From the NCBI GenBank assembly GCA_977862235.1, contig OZ374557.1, positions 1,798,001 through 1,862,000 of the forward strand: a stretch of DNA of 64,000 nt, in the 5' to 3' direction. Under the pieces are notes generated by a model that searched no databases, had not been told where the DNA came from, and worked only from the letters and a program-made list of their open reading frames with translations. Within the stretch, counting starts at the first letter, position 1. Every line of letters starts with the position of its first letter. Position numbers and translations under genes: made by a program. Source of the DNA: Dudresnaya verticillata. Its lineage: Eukaryota. Below are positions 38,115 to 51,399 of this stretch, piece by piece.

Positions 38115-38888
38115 TGTAGTATAGCTGGAAGCACACTATCAGCAGCGGCTGTAGGTTTTGCTGGCAGCCCCGCACTGTAATGGTGCACACGATGACGCCC
38201 GCTGGCGAGTAGTGGTTGGGCAGCGTGCCCTTAGTTTTTTCTTTAGTTTAGTAGCGGTCAACCGCATTGCTGCCGGCAGCGGCCGCGCGTCGCACCGCAC
38301 ACGGCGCGGCCCAGTGACGCTCTCCGGCATCGAGCCGTTGAGAGGGCCGCTGCCCGTTACTCCCCGCGCACGCCCACGGGTAGCCGTTACCCGGACGTGT
38401 CGACACGTGTATGGGCGCGCGCTCACACACCTCCCGCGTTGGTGTTGTGGGGCGCACCTACTGTAGAGTAGCCGTAGTGTAAATAGCGTAGGGTATTTAA
38501 GACCGTCGGCCATCGACGGCTCAGTAAACCGGGCAAGCAACAGCTCGCGCTGAAGCTTGCCCCCAGCCTCTTCGGGTTCGATCCCTTTGCCTTACGCCAG
38601 CGGGCGGTTTCCCTTTTCCCCCTTGCCTCGCTAGGCTTTCCCTTTTCCTTTTCCTTTCCGTCGGCTTCGTGCCGCCCTTCGACAGGGCCGCTGGAATCCG
38701 TCCGCTGCCTACCCGCGTACGGTACGCCCCGTGCGCGCTCCGGCATCGACGCCGTCGATCCGCACCTGCTGGGGCGCATACGGCCGACACTGCTCTACAA
38801 CACACAACAGCTACCCATCGACGGGTCTGTGTGGCGGCTTCGGACCAGCGAGTATTAGATGTCGGATCGATCCGACGTCTATACTACA
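38115..38888 (+). repeat. 3' LTR of gypsy E
   Basis: Perfect 10-bp terminal inverted repeat TGTAGTATAG...CTATACTACA, preceded by a PPT. TATA-like tatttaa at ~38495. Confidence 0.85.
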
Positions 38889-39659
38889 GTTCGGACTGAG
38901 AAAGGAGAGCCTGAAACCCAGGTGCAGCAGAAAGAGATATCTCGTGGTCGTCCAAATTGATTTCCGGCCCCACTTCGCCTTTATTAGCAATACCAAAGAG
39001 ACTTGACTAAACGTTTATGGCTTGTGAACAATTATCTTACGAAATGGGGACTATCCTCGTCTGAAACGACAGTAAACGGCATGGACGGGCTGAAAGTACG
39101 CATCATGGTCCTTGTGTCTAGAAAACCTTTTCTCATTAATTGCCGTCGGCTTCCTCTATCTCTCTGAACAAAGCTTTCTGAGCTCCAAAGTGCCAGAATA
39201 TTGGTACTTGCTGCTGATAGCAGATCATCGTAAACAATGACGTCGGAGTTTGTCGATGATCGCCGTTTGGCAATTCATTTAAACTAGCTAGTAAACGTCC
39301 CACTACACTATACACTACCTGTATACCACTTAGCTTTGTATACAACTTGCTGAATTTAACTAATAATATTGGTCGCGGAATATTTCTGTTCTATTCGAGC
39401 GTTGAACTCTGGTCTTATTAGTCTAGAAAAACGTAGGCTGTCTGGACCTATTTGAATTAGAGCTAGGGAAGCGGATCCAGTTACTTAGGAAAACGCTTAT
39501 CCGCTGAACATTAATTTATGGGGCCCGGGGACGGGGAAGAAGACAAGAAAGTGTCGCAATTGCTTTGCAGATTGAAAGCAACGATGTGACAATACTGTTA
39601 CCCGGATATGACACAGCTGTGAAGCTCCGGTTTCTATTTCAGCACTACGCGGAGGGAAT

Positions 39660-40017
39660 ACGTCGTCCCCAGAATATTCAGCAATTACCGAGACGTCCAG
39701 ACAAACCCATCTTCAAAAAGCTTTCCGGCCGGAAAGTTCGCAATGAAGGTCCTCACGAACTGAATCCCCTTAGCAATGAGCTCTCGGAAAGCATACGAGG
39801 TGTGAAAATGCCCAAGGCGAACCCACTGCTGTGTGATCGTTTCCTGCGTTTTGAGAGGCGAGGTCTTATTGCCCCACCACAGGCTCTCCCCACGAAGTTA
39901 TGGAGAATGGAACAGGCGAAGCAGCAGGAAATTCTTAAGGAAAGGGGAAAGAGGAAGGGTAGAGGTTCAAGGTCGAATCTCACGTTCTGGAAGAACGGAA
40001 AACGCGTTATCAAGTAG
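39660..40017 (+). pseudogene. NOP53: C-terminal fragment of a NOP53 (GLTSCR2)-like ribosome biogenesis protein
   Basis: PLSNELSESIRGVKMPKANPLLCDRFLRFERRGLIAP resembles the conserved Nop53 C-terminus (LSxELSxSLRxLK..GNLLxDRFxxxxxRxxIEP). No upstream part is visible. Confidence 0.65.
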
Positions 40018-40171
40018 TAACTATGTGTAAGTCGCTGTACATAAATATCTACGAAGGGTTCGAAAGAGGAAAGAGAGCTGCGTATTCTTGTCCTGATATC
40101 CAGGGCAACAGGTGCATCGGAAATGGATTAATTCAGCCTACGTCAAAGACGATTGTGAGGTACCCACGGCT

Positions 40172-41036
40172 TTATGCCCATTTTATATATTGCTGAAGCT
40201 TCCCATGAAGCTCAACCATCTTAATACTGGCGGTTGGCTTGTTGTATGCAAGGTGCGCCGATTTCGCCCGGCGCTTGACCTCTGCCTGAAACATGTATTC
40301 AAATGACAGCACCGCATAATCTGAAAGAAGCTCAGGGGGCGCTACGGGGTTCTTTCGATCGTCTCTTGAGATTGCTGTAACACGTTTGGACACTGCTAGA
40401 GATACATCAGTCGAAAGAATCTCAAGCTCCCATAGAGAGCTTTTTTCTGCGTTGTTAGCCTGTGGGTCGAGCTCATTGTCATCATTTGGGTGGTCATGTT
40501 CCGCTGTCCGAGGTCGCTTCTGGTTCTGAAGTCGACTTCAGCTTGGCTTATTCTCCTGAAATAGGTTCACTGAACTATGAACAAGATAGGATACATTTGG
40601 ATGCTTGTACAAGAGATCGAGGGCGAGCCGAAGGCACCATAGTGCACTTTCCGTTGGCGCATGCAGCGTCCGCCTCACTAGTCGTTTCACAAAGGAGGAT
40701 ACAAGCCCGCCCGGCAGCATTGCGCCTTGTCGCAGAAAGAGGGCAGTAAGTTCAAGAAAATGATTGCGACCCTCTGCGTAAAATAGGGCAGTCGGTGACA
40801 TGGGTGCGTAGAGACTCTGATAGAACAAAGGGTAGTTCAGACCATGCTTCGAGATCAGCACGAAAAGCCCATCCAACGCAGAAACGGCAACCGATATATC
40901 CTTGCCGTTGTGTTAAGAATCACTCAAAACGCCTGCATGCTTCAGAGGGTTAGACATGTTCGGAATAAGCTCCTTTGGCAAGCGCTCCAAAATGTACCGC
41001 CGGGGCTTCGCAGTCAACGTTTTGTCCCCTAACACT
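40172..41036 (-). pseudogene. NOC4: C-terminal fragment of NOC4 (CBF/Mak21 family), with a stop and a frameshift
   Basis: LIPNMSNPL...DS*...ALDGLFVLISKHGLNYPLFYQSLY...LPGGLVSSFVKRLVR...HP...DP...SSLWEL. Cut at its 5' side by the gypsy F LTR. Confidence 0.85.
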
Positions 41037-41554
41037 TGTAACTAACGGCGGGTTGCTGGTCGCACGAACAGGGAACGAGTTGGTCGGTCGGCAGGTCGGT
41101 GCGCTTCTCGCTTGCACTCCGGGGAAGGAAAACACGAAATGGCTATGTCGCTCTGCCCAGGGGTCCCGAAGAGAACGATGCCTTACTCGCTTAAGTTCAC
41201 GCGCTCGATTTCCAATGCCTCTCGCACCCTTTGGAGACTGTCGGGCAGGTGTTCATCTCACGCTGGCGGACGGGTCTGCTATTGAACGCCCGACCCTTCG
41301 CGGGCCGTCACTGGCCGGAGGGCCTCGGTTTGGTACACACGGATGCGGACGTCGGTCATGAGCGACGAAGAGTAAGGTGCTCATGGAGATCAATTCTCTC
41401 CGAGTCCGAGATACGGCTCGAACGATACTTGCCCTGCCGCTCCGGGTCGCTTCGTAGATCCGAGCTCGGATCACACTAGCACGAGGCGCCTTGGCTGTTG
41501 GGAATATTTGCACCGGTTACACGGCCCCATGAAGGATTTGCAGTAGAAATTTGT

Positions 41555-44500
41555 TCATTTACGATAGGAGCAAAGCTCCGACGCCTTTGTCTTTAGCTTG
41601 CGTTTCTCGGTGGTGTAAAGGAAGTCCTGCAGAACACCGGGCAGATCTTCAAAGACTTGTGGGAGCGGCTCCCAGGTTTGGTCTACCACATCAGGGAGTC
41701 CTTCCCACTCAATAAGAATTCCGATGCCAGCGCTCCCTTCGCGTATGTCCTGCAACTCCATTTCATTCTGATAAGTTGTCTCGGAGTGGGTGGTATAGCC
41801 AAGCAGCGTTTCGTCAACTTCCTCACCTTCCATGCGTGCCCGATAAAGCAGAATACGCCGAGCGTGCACTACCTCCTGCTTTCCTTTTAAAAATCCTCCA
41901 TCTCGAAGACCCAGGGGGACTTAACTCGCACGATGCGTCGAGGCCCGCGCCATCGAAAACGCAGCTTGTGCCCCTTCTTCTGTGCGCGTCGCACCAGGAC
42001 AAAATAGCCGACCTGCAGACTTGCGCCGTTGACGTTCGTGCGCGAATGATGCTTGGAGACGGACTTCGCACGGGCACCACGTGCACGCTCTGTCACATCT
42101 CTATGCATGTCATCGAGAGCCTGTTGTGTCTGCTCGATCTGGATCCGTTGACGGGCACGGGTCTCGGTGAGGGAAGGCGAATCTTGGTACTTTCCAACGG
42201 GAAGTGCCTGCAGCAGCGGTCTGTTGAGCTTGCGTGAGGTAAAAACCTCTAGCGGTGTGCGAAACACGTCCGGGACATTTGAGTCCCGTAACCCGAGACG
42301 AGACAGGGGTGCGTGGTTTAGCACACTCTGCACGCACTCTGCGACAGCAGGCCAGTCCCGCGGAGCTAGTAGGAACTCGTGAAGCAGGGCTTTGCTTGCT
42401 CGCAATACCTCTCTGCAAACCCGCTCGACTGATCCGTTAGCCCAGGCGGAGTAAGCTGTTGTAAAATGGTGCTTCACTCGCAGCTCCTCAGTGAGATTAC
42501 GAACGAGCTCATTTTTGAAATGCGACCCCTGGTCGCTCACTAACCAGGTAACTTGTCCAAAAGAGGATATCTAAGTGGCACTGGCTTCAGCGGCTTTTTC
42601 GTTCGTCGCGCGATCGCAGGACCACAGCCAAACATAGGGTGATAAGTCGTCACGCAGCAGGAACAAGTACTCCATACCCTCGATGCTAGCACCCATGAAA
42701 AGAACATCCAGGTGCAGGACCTCGTTCGGCTTTTAATCGTGCAATGCGCAACCGCGCGGGCGAGGGACGATTTCCCCGTTTCGCGTCACGACGCAGTGCA
42801 GGCATCGTCGCACAAATGCTGCACAGTCGCCATCCATGCCTTCCCACCTGAAACCTTCGCACAGTACGCTAGCGGTGGCGTCGGAACCGCGGTGCCCCAT
42901 AGTGCCGCAATGAAACACGACCAGTAACTTAAGCTTAAGTTAGTCGGCCTCGGGAGGCACCCAGATGCAGTCGCGCTGATAGAGCAGACCGTCGTCGCCC
43001 GTGCTCAGATTTGGTGCTCTGCTCAAGCTATTGTTTTGAGCTGCACGGATGACACCCATGCTTGGCCACTCCAATTCCATGGCTGCAGGAACTACCTGGT
43101 CGGCTTGCTGTGAACTGAAAATGTTCGAAGTAGCCATTTCTCTTCCACGGTAGCCGCGCGTCCAACGCGTGAGTATGTCGGCACACACGTTTTTGAGTCC
43201 CTCGATGTGATCGATAGAGTAGTCGAAGTGCGATAGAAACAAAGCCGAGCGCTGGACGTTTGACACAATATGTAGTCCGAGCGCAGGCTCCAACGCGAGC
43301 GGAGCGAAGATGAAGAGTAAATTGCGGTGGTCCGTGAAGACGTGAACAGGGTGTTCATCAGTAAATAGGTAGTCCATTCTGTCGAATGTCTGAAAGATGG
43401 CGAATGCCTCTTTTTCGAAAGTGATCCAGTTGAGCTCGGCTCCCTTGAATGCGCTTCCCAAGAACGCAATTGGATCATGACGTTGATCCTCTACGAGCAG
43501 TTTGAGCTGATCCGGATCAGTCTGTGTGACTACCCCGGCTAGTAGCGTTTCGAGGCATCCGTGAAAACACATATGACCCTGCCAGAGCGAGGGTACGCCA
43601 GGCTAACGGAGCTGCAGAGGCTTTCTTGTAAATCTTGAAAAGCTTGACTGTGTTTGTCGCCCCATGAAAACATCCGTAGCTGGATGTGCTTGATAGCGCG
43701 CTTCGTGCGCCGACCCGCTTTTGTGTACGCAGACTCGAGCAGGTCGTTGAGCGGGGCGATTCGTCGGGTGAAGTCGGGGATGGCTACGGCCATCCAACGG
43801 CAACAGTGTAGAAACTCACAGATCTCATCGGCCGTCTGTGGTTCCTGCATCTCTTTGAGCCCTGCCATGTTGGCAGGGTCCATGCGGTAGCCATCTGCGT
43901 TGACAATGCGGCCATACCACGTGATTTCCGGAGCAAAAAACTGAAATTTCTTTGCGGACAAAGTAGCCTTTTTTGCGAGCAAATTTCGAAACACCTCTCC
44001 AGCTTTCCCAGTAATATACGCTCGTCCTTGCTGTACACGTTGAAGTCGTCCAACCACGCTTTGAGATTTGGCCGGAGCTCCGCGAATAAGGGTTCGAGTG
44101 TGGGCTGGAGGTATGATGTGGAATTGGTCAGGCCCAGGAGAGCCCATGTCGATGAGTACGTCCCGCTCGGGCAGACAATTCCGCAGGCGTCCTGCGAGTC
44201 CGGATGGACTGGCAGCTGCCAATATCCGGAGCAGAAATCTAGAGTTGTGAAACACTTGCTCCCAGCGAAGTCCTGCAGCTCCGAGTCGATGTGAGCCATA
44301 GGCCATGCCTGTTTGATAGTTGCGGCATTGACGGGTCGCAAAAACCCATGTCAACCAGCTTGTCGACATATGCGTTCAGGAAAGCCCTTTGACGCGAAGG
44401 ATAGTGTCTTGCTTTAGCCTTCACCGGCCGCTTGCTGGGGTCCAGCTGGATCTCCATCGGCAGAACTTTGGCTGGGTCGGATTTCCCCAGCCTTAATCGA

Positions 44501-46254
44501 AAATCGACCGATGCTTCTGGACGATTCGCTTCAGGTCCTGGGTGCCCTGCTTGGATAGACCGTTTTCCGCAGCTTAAGCTACGGCTGCGTCAAGGGCTTC
44601 GTCCAGTCCGACGGGATTGGCCTCACCGATGTCGATGTAGACCTGGTCATCCGGCAGTTGATCGGACTCTTCCCCACCGCGGCTGAGATAGATTCCTTCG
44701 TCAACCCCAAGCAGGGCCGCGACGATGCCGGCTGGCTTGCCACACTCCTTGATGTGTTCTGAAGACTCCGGGGCATTGATGACGCCGTGGTTTCGGTCGC
44801 AGGCCGCCGCGAGCATAGCCTGATTACTGCAGCCAATGGCGTCGAGGAGAGGTCTCCCAATCAGGACATACTCAGTTTCAGTGTCAAAACCATCCACTGA
44901 ACGCCCCTGATAATTAGCTTGGTTCCGTGCGTAATTCTCAGATGGACATCCGCCTTAATTTTCTGTCGGCAAATGAGCTTGCTTTTTTGATCGACAGCAA
45001 GGTACACCCTCGGCTCTGTAAGCACTTCAACTTTCAGTGATGAATCCGCCGCCTTAATCTCGTTGAAGACGAGCGGTGGAAGGAGATTCGTGTCTGACCC
45101 CTGGTCGGCCATGAAAAAGCTCTCCAAAGCGCCCTTCGCGAACGTTGCGCTGAAGAGGGAGGATTTGGAGTCAATATCCGCAGCTCCGAGCCGGCGGATG
45201 CCTCCGCTAGACTTCAAACCGGACTCTCCTCCGTTCGGGGCGCCTCCGGCCTGCTCGCGGTTCTTACGTTCGTGGTATTCCATTTCAAGTGCTTGCACTC
45301 GTCTGGTGGGGTGATCGGGAAGTTGGACAAGAAGTGATTTTCACCACACCTGGGGTTGAGGCACTGCGGCAGGTCGGGAGTGCGCTTCGAGCCGCTCTTG
45401 CCCAGGTCGGGCTTGCTCGGTCCGGATCCGCCATCCTTGTCGGCAGCGCCATTGCTCTTCGACTTTCTATTCTTTGAGTCGCCAAGTCGGCCTTTGCCAC
45501 GGCTTCCACCCCTCTTGGGTTTCGGCACGTCCTCCTGCTGGGAGTTAGCGGCCTCGTCTTCGCTAGAAGCTTCGTAGCGATTTGGAAGCTGCTCTTGCTC
45601 GATTTTCTTGGCCTGATTGGCCAGCTCCCTCATGAAGGCGCCGAAGTCTTTTTGATCGAAGTGCTCATCTGTACGCCAAAGAACGATGTCTTTCATGCAG
45701 TGACGCAGCTGAGAAGGTTTCATACGCTTCAAGATGTGCTGGATGGCAATGTGCGGCTTCTCTTCCGGCAGGTTGGGCATGCCGCCCTCCTGCAACACAG
45801 TCAGATAGCGGTGGTGCAGGCTCCAAACGCAGTCCTCGGCTTCCTTGATGCCCATGTTCATTTTAACTTTGCGGACGATGTCCTCAATGCGACCGAGCTC
45901 GTGGTCTTCCGGCTTGTGGGTAGCCCTCTTTCGGATGCATTGCTTAAGCTGATCCTCGGCAACGGCATCCAGGTTGTCTCCCTTGATCCACTGAGCCGTG
46001 ATAAAGATCCCAATGTATGAGTCATCAATTGAGGCTCGATACGAGGTCGGGGTGATGGTGGTCCCTGCCTCACGATTCGTCTCATCAGTTTGCTTCTCAT
46101 ACAGATCTCTCTTTCGCAGGAATGTGGTGAAGTCCTTCGGCGAAACTCCCTGCAGCCTTGGCGCCTCCAATTTAGTGACAATGGTTTTTCTAACCGTGAT
46201 GGCTCCCCCGGCTACGCTCTTGCTCTGGGTGTTCGTCATCGTGCCCAATTCCAA
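41555..46254 (-). pseudogene. Gypsy F gag-pol (multiple frameshifts and stops)
   Basis: Gag 45214-46254; PR MADQGSD; RT LDFCSGYWQ and AWLDD; RH FTDAS and FTDHRNL; IN SDQGSHF and ANGSVER; chromo-like IEWEGL...TWEP. Confidence 0.92.
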
Positions 46255-46356
46255 GCAACACGGGCAGTTGGCTGCGCAGTATATACTGTAACTAACGGCG
46301 GGTTGCTGGTCGCACGCACAGGGAACGAGTTGGTCGGTCGGTCGGTCGGTGCGCTT

Positions 46357-46980
46357 TGTGGTGTAGTAAAAGGCTCACCTGTAAGGAGAACTGATCAGGG
46401 AATCCCAATAAGGAGTGATCTCACACGGCACCGGGGTGGTAGAGCTTAGTTCGTAGACCGAAGGGAATACCTCTAGCGGCAACACCTGTAAGGAGTAAAG
46501 GGACGCAACAGACAAGGGGGACGGTACAGTGCCAGGACAGCTACACCGGGACGGGGGTAAGAGGAATCCGTGCACGGGGCTGGCGAGGGGAAACCGCGAA
46601 GGAGTATGAGGGTAAGGCTTAGGGTAAGACACTTTGCCCAGGGTTGCGTACCCGTTTACTGTAGGACTCGCGGTGGCCACTCATTGATATACTGGGAGAT
46701 ACGCGGGTCCGGCCCTACTGGTCCCGGTTACCGTTGCGGACATGCTCGGCATTCTCATTGGCCGGCTGACACTACGTACCGTACGGCATCATTAAAATTA
46801 TCTACTTAAAAATAAATCAACTACTTGGCTCCTATTGGTGGTCCGCGCAGACTCCAGCAGGGCATACATCGCTATTGTGTCGCTGCACTTCCGCTTCCGC
46901 TTTTGGCGCCAACTCACCGGTGCGCCGGTCGCGAGTCGGCTCAACCGTCGTCGGTAATCCACAACGGCCGCTGTACCACA
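46357..46980. mobile_element. Solo LTR D2 inserted in the 5' LTR of gypsy F
   Basis: TGTGGT...ACCACA termini. TSD CGCTT at 46352-46356 and 46981-46985. The other F LTR has the empty site. Homologous to D1. Confidence 0.93.
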
Positions 46981-48619
46981 CGCTTCTCGCTTGCACTCTG
47001 GGGAAGGAAAACACGAAATGGCTTTGTCGCTCTGCCCAGGGGGTCCCGAAGAGAACGATGGCTTTACTCGCTTACGTTCGCGCGCTCGATTGCCAATGCC
47101 TCTCGCGCCCTTTGGAGACTGTCGGGGAGGTGTTCATCTCACACTGGCGGACGTGTCTGTTACTGAACGCTCGACCCTTCCAGAGCCGTAACTGACAGGA
47201 GGGCCTCGGTGTGGTACCCGCAGATGCGGACGTCGGTCTTGACCGACGACGAGTAAGCTGCTTATGGAGATGAATTCTCTCAGAGTCTGAGATATGGCTC
47301 GAACGATACTTACCTTGCGGATCCGGGTCACCTCGTAGATCCGAGCTCGGATGCCACTAGCGCGATTCGCCTTGGTTGTTGGGAAGTATTGCACCAGTTA
47401 CATTATGCCTGACGGAGGTGCATTTCACGGACTGGGTTCTTGCGGCGGAGAACAGGGTTGTTCTGGTTGCTGACAATGCAAACGGAAGGCGATAGCCGTG
47501 CAGTCGCTATTCTTCGTGTGACTCTTGCCCTGCTAGAATCCGGAGCTGTGGCACAGCATGGTTCTACTGGGCGGCTTCGTGAACAGGTATTGTTCTCTGT
47601 TTTCGCGATATATGACTCATTGGCAATATTGCTGCCAGCTGTTGCGTGCGGTTATTGAGACGTCCGCACTACCGCCGGTCGTGAAACATCGAACAGCGAC
47701 GGCGTTGTAGTTTTTTCGCGTCTCCCTAGCACGCCAATCCAACATCGACGGCAAGCACGACCGGCGCACCGCGCTCTCGAGTTGTGTGGGTCAGTGTCAT
47801 TTATTGGTGCACGCTTCAAATAAATTAACAAATGGTGGACGAATGGTGGGTTCCCCCCGACCAATTTAGTTTCCATGGTGGCACATTGGTGGACATTGGA
47901 AGCACATGTCCACCATAGGTCCACAGCCCTCAATAACACCCCAAACCGCCATCCGCCATTGGTCCGCCATATGCCCCCGCTTCCACCATCGGGCCACCAC
48001 ATTTCCACCATCGGGCCGCCATGGTTTCTGCTAGGGACGCAAGGGCCGCCAAAGCATTACAGTACACGTGGTGTACACGTATTGAGGGCACTCGTAACGC
48101 GTGACGCAGCCTGCCGCCCAGGAAACCCGTACATCTTTTTGCGCAGCTGCCTCAGAACGCAGCGTATCTAGGCTCCATGGCCCGTACAAGAACAAAAATA
48201 CAAAAAAAGTGCAGAGCCCTCATAGCTGGGTCGCTTCACCACTTTCACTCAAGGAGTTGTGCATACAAATAATATAACACAACACGGTGCCGACTGTTGA
48301 CAGACCCGTACAGTTCTTCCAACTTGCCCTATTCGCAGGGGCGCCCCGGTGTGGCGGCGGTTGCAAGTTCGGCATTCGTGGGGGTGGTGGCTGGGCTGCT
48401 GCTGGCTTCGCTGTGGGTCGGCTATTGTCGTCCTTGATAAGCTGTAGGGTTCGGTTCTCGAGCGATCTGTCGGAGTCGGTATCGACGGGGCGAGTCTACC
48501 TTACAGTACAGCGGTTACACTACCGGTTGCATATTGCTTCGCAGAATCAGAATCAAAATCATTCTCCGAAGGTCGTAGCTTCCGTAGTGCGGCGTCGTTG
48601 GAGAAAGGCTAGAAGAGAT

Positions 48620-50710
48620 ATGTTGCTTGGTGGACATTGGTCGCGGCGGGGGCTGGCGCGTGCGATACATCATGGTTCATCAGCATCCGCGAAGAATTCA
48701 CCTCGCTCACAGCACCCAGGAGCTGCGGGCTTGCTTTCTTCACTAGAGGAGCGGCGTCTCTGGCGGCTAGCTAAGGAGGCCGACTCTCGACCTCATGATG
48801 CGGAGGTGCAAGCTTCTTATCTGCGCGCGCTGCAGCTTGTCCGGCCCGGTGATGTGGTGCGCCATGTTGAGACCGGGGTGCATGCTGTCGGGGAGGGCGC
48901 CGCACGCGAGTATGTGAAGGCGCTAGTCGCTACAGGCCGTATTGAGCGCGCTAGCATCCCCGAGATGGTACGAGCTGTTAGCGGGGGAAGGGATGGCCCA
49001 GAGTCAGAAGACAGAGGTTCTGGGGAGACAAGTGGCTCTACGTTGCGACGAGCTTCTGAGACTGCTGCTGCTGCGAATGCTGTGGCTAGGGTTAAGGGTG
49101 CCTCCTCATCAGAACCTTTTCATGTGACGCTTGCAGAACCATCTGCGCAATCGCAGCTATGGCGCGTGGTGAAGCTGCTGGGCTCTACGTTTCTAGTCCT
49201 TGGCTTCCTGGGAGTGCTCATCGAGGAGCGCGGAATGACACGCGGAATAGGGATCAGCACAGATATGTTGCCGGAGCCGGAAGCAAGCAATCCAACGACG
49301 TTCAATGACGTGAAGGGTTGTGATGAGGCGAAGGCCGAGCTTGAAGAAATAGTGCAATTTCTGCGCTCACCGAACAGCTTCACACGTTTGGGAGGCAAGC
49401 TACCGAAGGGACTTTTGTTAATGGGCCCGCCAGGCACAGGAAAGACTTTGTTGGCACGTGCCATTGCCGGAGAAGCACATCGGCCATTTTTCTATGCGTC
49501 TGGATCGGAGTTTGAAGAAATGTTTGTGGGCATCGGTGCGAAGAGGGTCCGCGAATTGTTCACGGCTGCAAAGCAGCATTCTCCTTGTATAATATTCATT
49601 GACGAGATTGATGCCATCGGAGGGAAGCGCAACCCGAAAGACCAGCGCTTTCTGACCATGACTCTGAACCAGTTTCTTGTCGAGATGGACGGCTTCCAGT
49701 CCAGTGAAGGCATCATCGTGATTGGCGCGACAAATTTTCCCGAAAGCCTGGATAAGGCGTTGGTGCGACCAGGTCGATTTGACCGACATGTCATCGTGCC
49801 CAACCCTGATATTCGGGGTCGAGCACAAATCCTTGAATGCCACACACGGAATATCCCTCTGGGTGATGATGTTGACCTTGAGATCATCGCGAGGGGTACT
49901 CCTGGCTTTTCCGGGGCGGAGCTAGCAAATCTAGTCAACATGGCTGCCTTGAAGGCGGCCATAGAGGAGTTTCGTGTTGTTGGGATGGCGCACCTGGAGT
50001 TTGCCAAAGACAAGCTGCTGATGGGAGCTGAGCGCAGGTCTGTCGCACTGAGCGAAGAGACGCGAAAGACTACTGCGTATCACGAGGGTGGACATGCGTT
50101 ATGTTGCCTTTACACGGAGGACGCACTGCCAGTGCACAAAGCAACGATCATGCCACGGGGACAGGCACTTGGTATGGTTTCGCAACTGCCGTCTAAGGAC
50201 ATCACATCCATGTCGAAGGCACAAATGCTAGCAAAGCTTGACATTTGCATGGGCGGTCGAGCTGCTGAGGAGCTGGTCTTCGGAAAAGACTACGTCACTT
50301 CTGGAGCATCGTCCGACTTTCAGCAGGCCACAGAGCTCGCAGAGGCCATGGTGACGCGATATGGTATGTCGGAAAAGCTCGGACAAGTGATGTACGATAA
50401 GGATCGCGAGTCAGCGGCCACCCGGGAACTCATCGATGGAGAGGTACGTGTGTTACTCAGTAACAGCTATGCACGTGCTATGGCACTTCTAAAGTCGCAT
50501 GAGAAGGAGCTGCATAGGCTAGCAACGGCGCTCCTCACACTAGAAACACTCACAGGCGAGCAGATCGGCCTCGCCGTACGGGGTGAGCTTTCGCTGCCAG
50601 TTCGGGGTGATCAAGGGCTTGCGGGGGGTGTACGTGCCAGTACTAGTTGCGAGGGGGGAAAGGGTTTAAGGGGTGCCGTGTTGGGCGCTCGTAACACTTC
50701 AGCGACATGA
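48620..50710 (+). CDS. FtsH-family ATP-dependent Zn metalloprotease, mitochondrial i-AAA (YME1/FtsH4-like)
   Basis: [35 protein letters not shown] and HEGGH, with a single TM segment. First ATG at 48620 with an Arg-rich presequence-like N-terminus (ORF open from 48287). Confidence 0.95.
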   Translation: MLLGGHWSRRGLARAIHHGSSASAKNSPRSQHPGAAGLLSSLEERRLWRLAKEADSRPHDAEVQASYLRALQLVRPGDVVRHVETGVHAVGEGAAREYVKALVATGRIERASIPEMVRAVSGGRDGPESEDRGSGETSGSTLRRASETAAAANAVARVKGASSSEPFHVTLAEPSAQSQLWRVVKLLGSTFLVLGFLGVLIEERGMTRGIGISTDMLPEPEASNPTTFNDVKGCDEAKAELEEIVQFLRSPNSFTRLGGKLPKGLLLMGPPGTGKTLLARAIAGEAHRPFFYASGSEFEEMFVGIGAKRVRELFTAAKQHSPCIIFIDEIDAIGGKRNPKDQRFLTMTLNQFLVEMDGFQSSEGIIVIGATNFPESLDKALVRPGRFDRHVIVPNPDIRGRAQILECHTRNIPLGDDVDLEIIARGTPGFSGAELANLVNMAALKAAIEEFRVVGMAHLEFAKDKLLMGAERRSVALSEETRKTTAYHEGGHALCCLYTEDALPVHKATIMPRGQALGMVSQLPSKDITSMSKAQMLAKLDICMGGRAAEELVFGKDYVTSGASSDFQQATELAEAMVTRYGMSEKLGQVMYDKDRESAATRELIDGEVRVLLSNSYARAMALLKSHEKELHRLATALLTLETLTGEQIGLAVRGELSLPVRGDQGLAGGVRASTSCEGGKGLRGAVLGARNTSAT

Positions 50711-50831
50711 CGTTAACATGACTCGGCATGGGATGACGTGAACCAGAATGGCGAACGAAGCCTTCCAAAATGTATTATCCACTAGGTCTTTCTTTCAAAG
50801 GGCGCGTACCATGGCACCCGGGGTGCCAGGG

Positions 50832-50970
50832 GTTGAACTATTGAAATAACAGGGGACGGGTGAGAGAGGGAGGGGAAGGGGGGAGAGAGAGGTGTATGAT
50901 TGAGGGGGTGGGCTGCATAGGAATAAAGGAAATAGCAAGTGCACGTGAGAACGGCTTTTTGACTAATAAT
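50832..50970. repeat. Dispersed ~140-bp repeat, copy 2
   Basis: Homologous to 6935-7078 (inverted) and 57340-57460. Preceded by the hairpin TGGCACCC-G-GGGTGCCA at 50812-50828. Confidence 0.85.
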
Positions 50971-51399
50971 GCACGGTGCTTCTACATCATAAGCCGTACA
51001 AGTTTTCCTAATGGAAGTGTTGTTCGTTTATTTTCTTTCTGAAAGGGGTTCCGATGGGCTATAATGGAAGTGAGGCAAATCGATATTCGCCAGCTCTGAA
51101 CACCTGTACAACCCCACAGCTCGCACTGCAGCTTGCGGCAATAATTGGAACCACCGCCCGCGGAGGCGGACGGGCGGTGCAGTGGTTCATCGCTGCGCGG
51201 TCGATTCCGGGAAACCGAGTTCGACTCCCGCCAGGTCCCATGGTTCTACATTTTCAAGGATTTTTCCCCACCGGGGTTGTTTGCCCATTCTTCTCATGGA
51301 GCCGGCTGGACTGCCTCCAGATTACGGGTGTAAGCCCGTCAGTAGATAGCTGGTTGGTAGGGCGTGTGCCTGCATATGGGCCTTAGTCGCCCGCGCAAC

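Larger units (their letters stand above)
32150..38888 (+). mobile_element. 5'-truncated chromodomain Ty3/gypsy element E with a ~4.5-kb 3' region
   Basis: Integrase-chromodomain at 32155-33588, PPT gagggggggccg at 38103-38114, and 3' LTR at 38115-38888. Confidence 0.85.
41037..47402 (-). mobile_element. Ty3/gypsy LTR retrotransposon F (degenerate)
   Basis: LTRs 41037-41521 and 46287-46356 + 46986-47402 (TGTAAC...GTTACA), visibly diverged. Minus-strand ggggccg before the 3' LTR. Flanks ACACT and TTATG do not match. Confidence 0.9.

Noticed and set aside
48287..48619. N-terminal extension of FtsH from the GTG start in the ORF track
   Set aside because: This is a eukaryotic gene; the first ATG at 48620 gives a plausible targeting presequence.
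50781..50830. Helitron 3' end (minus-strand hairpin then CTAG|T)
   Set aside because: The hairpin-to-CTAG distance (~26 nt) is long and the other two repeat copies lack the arrangement.
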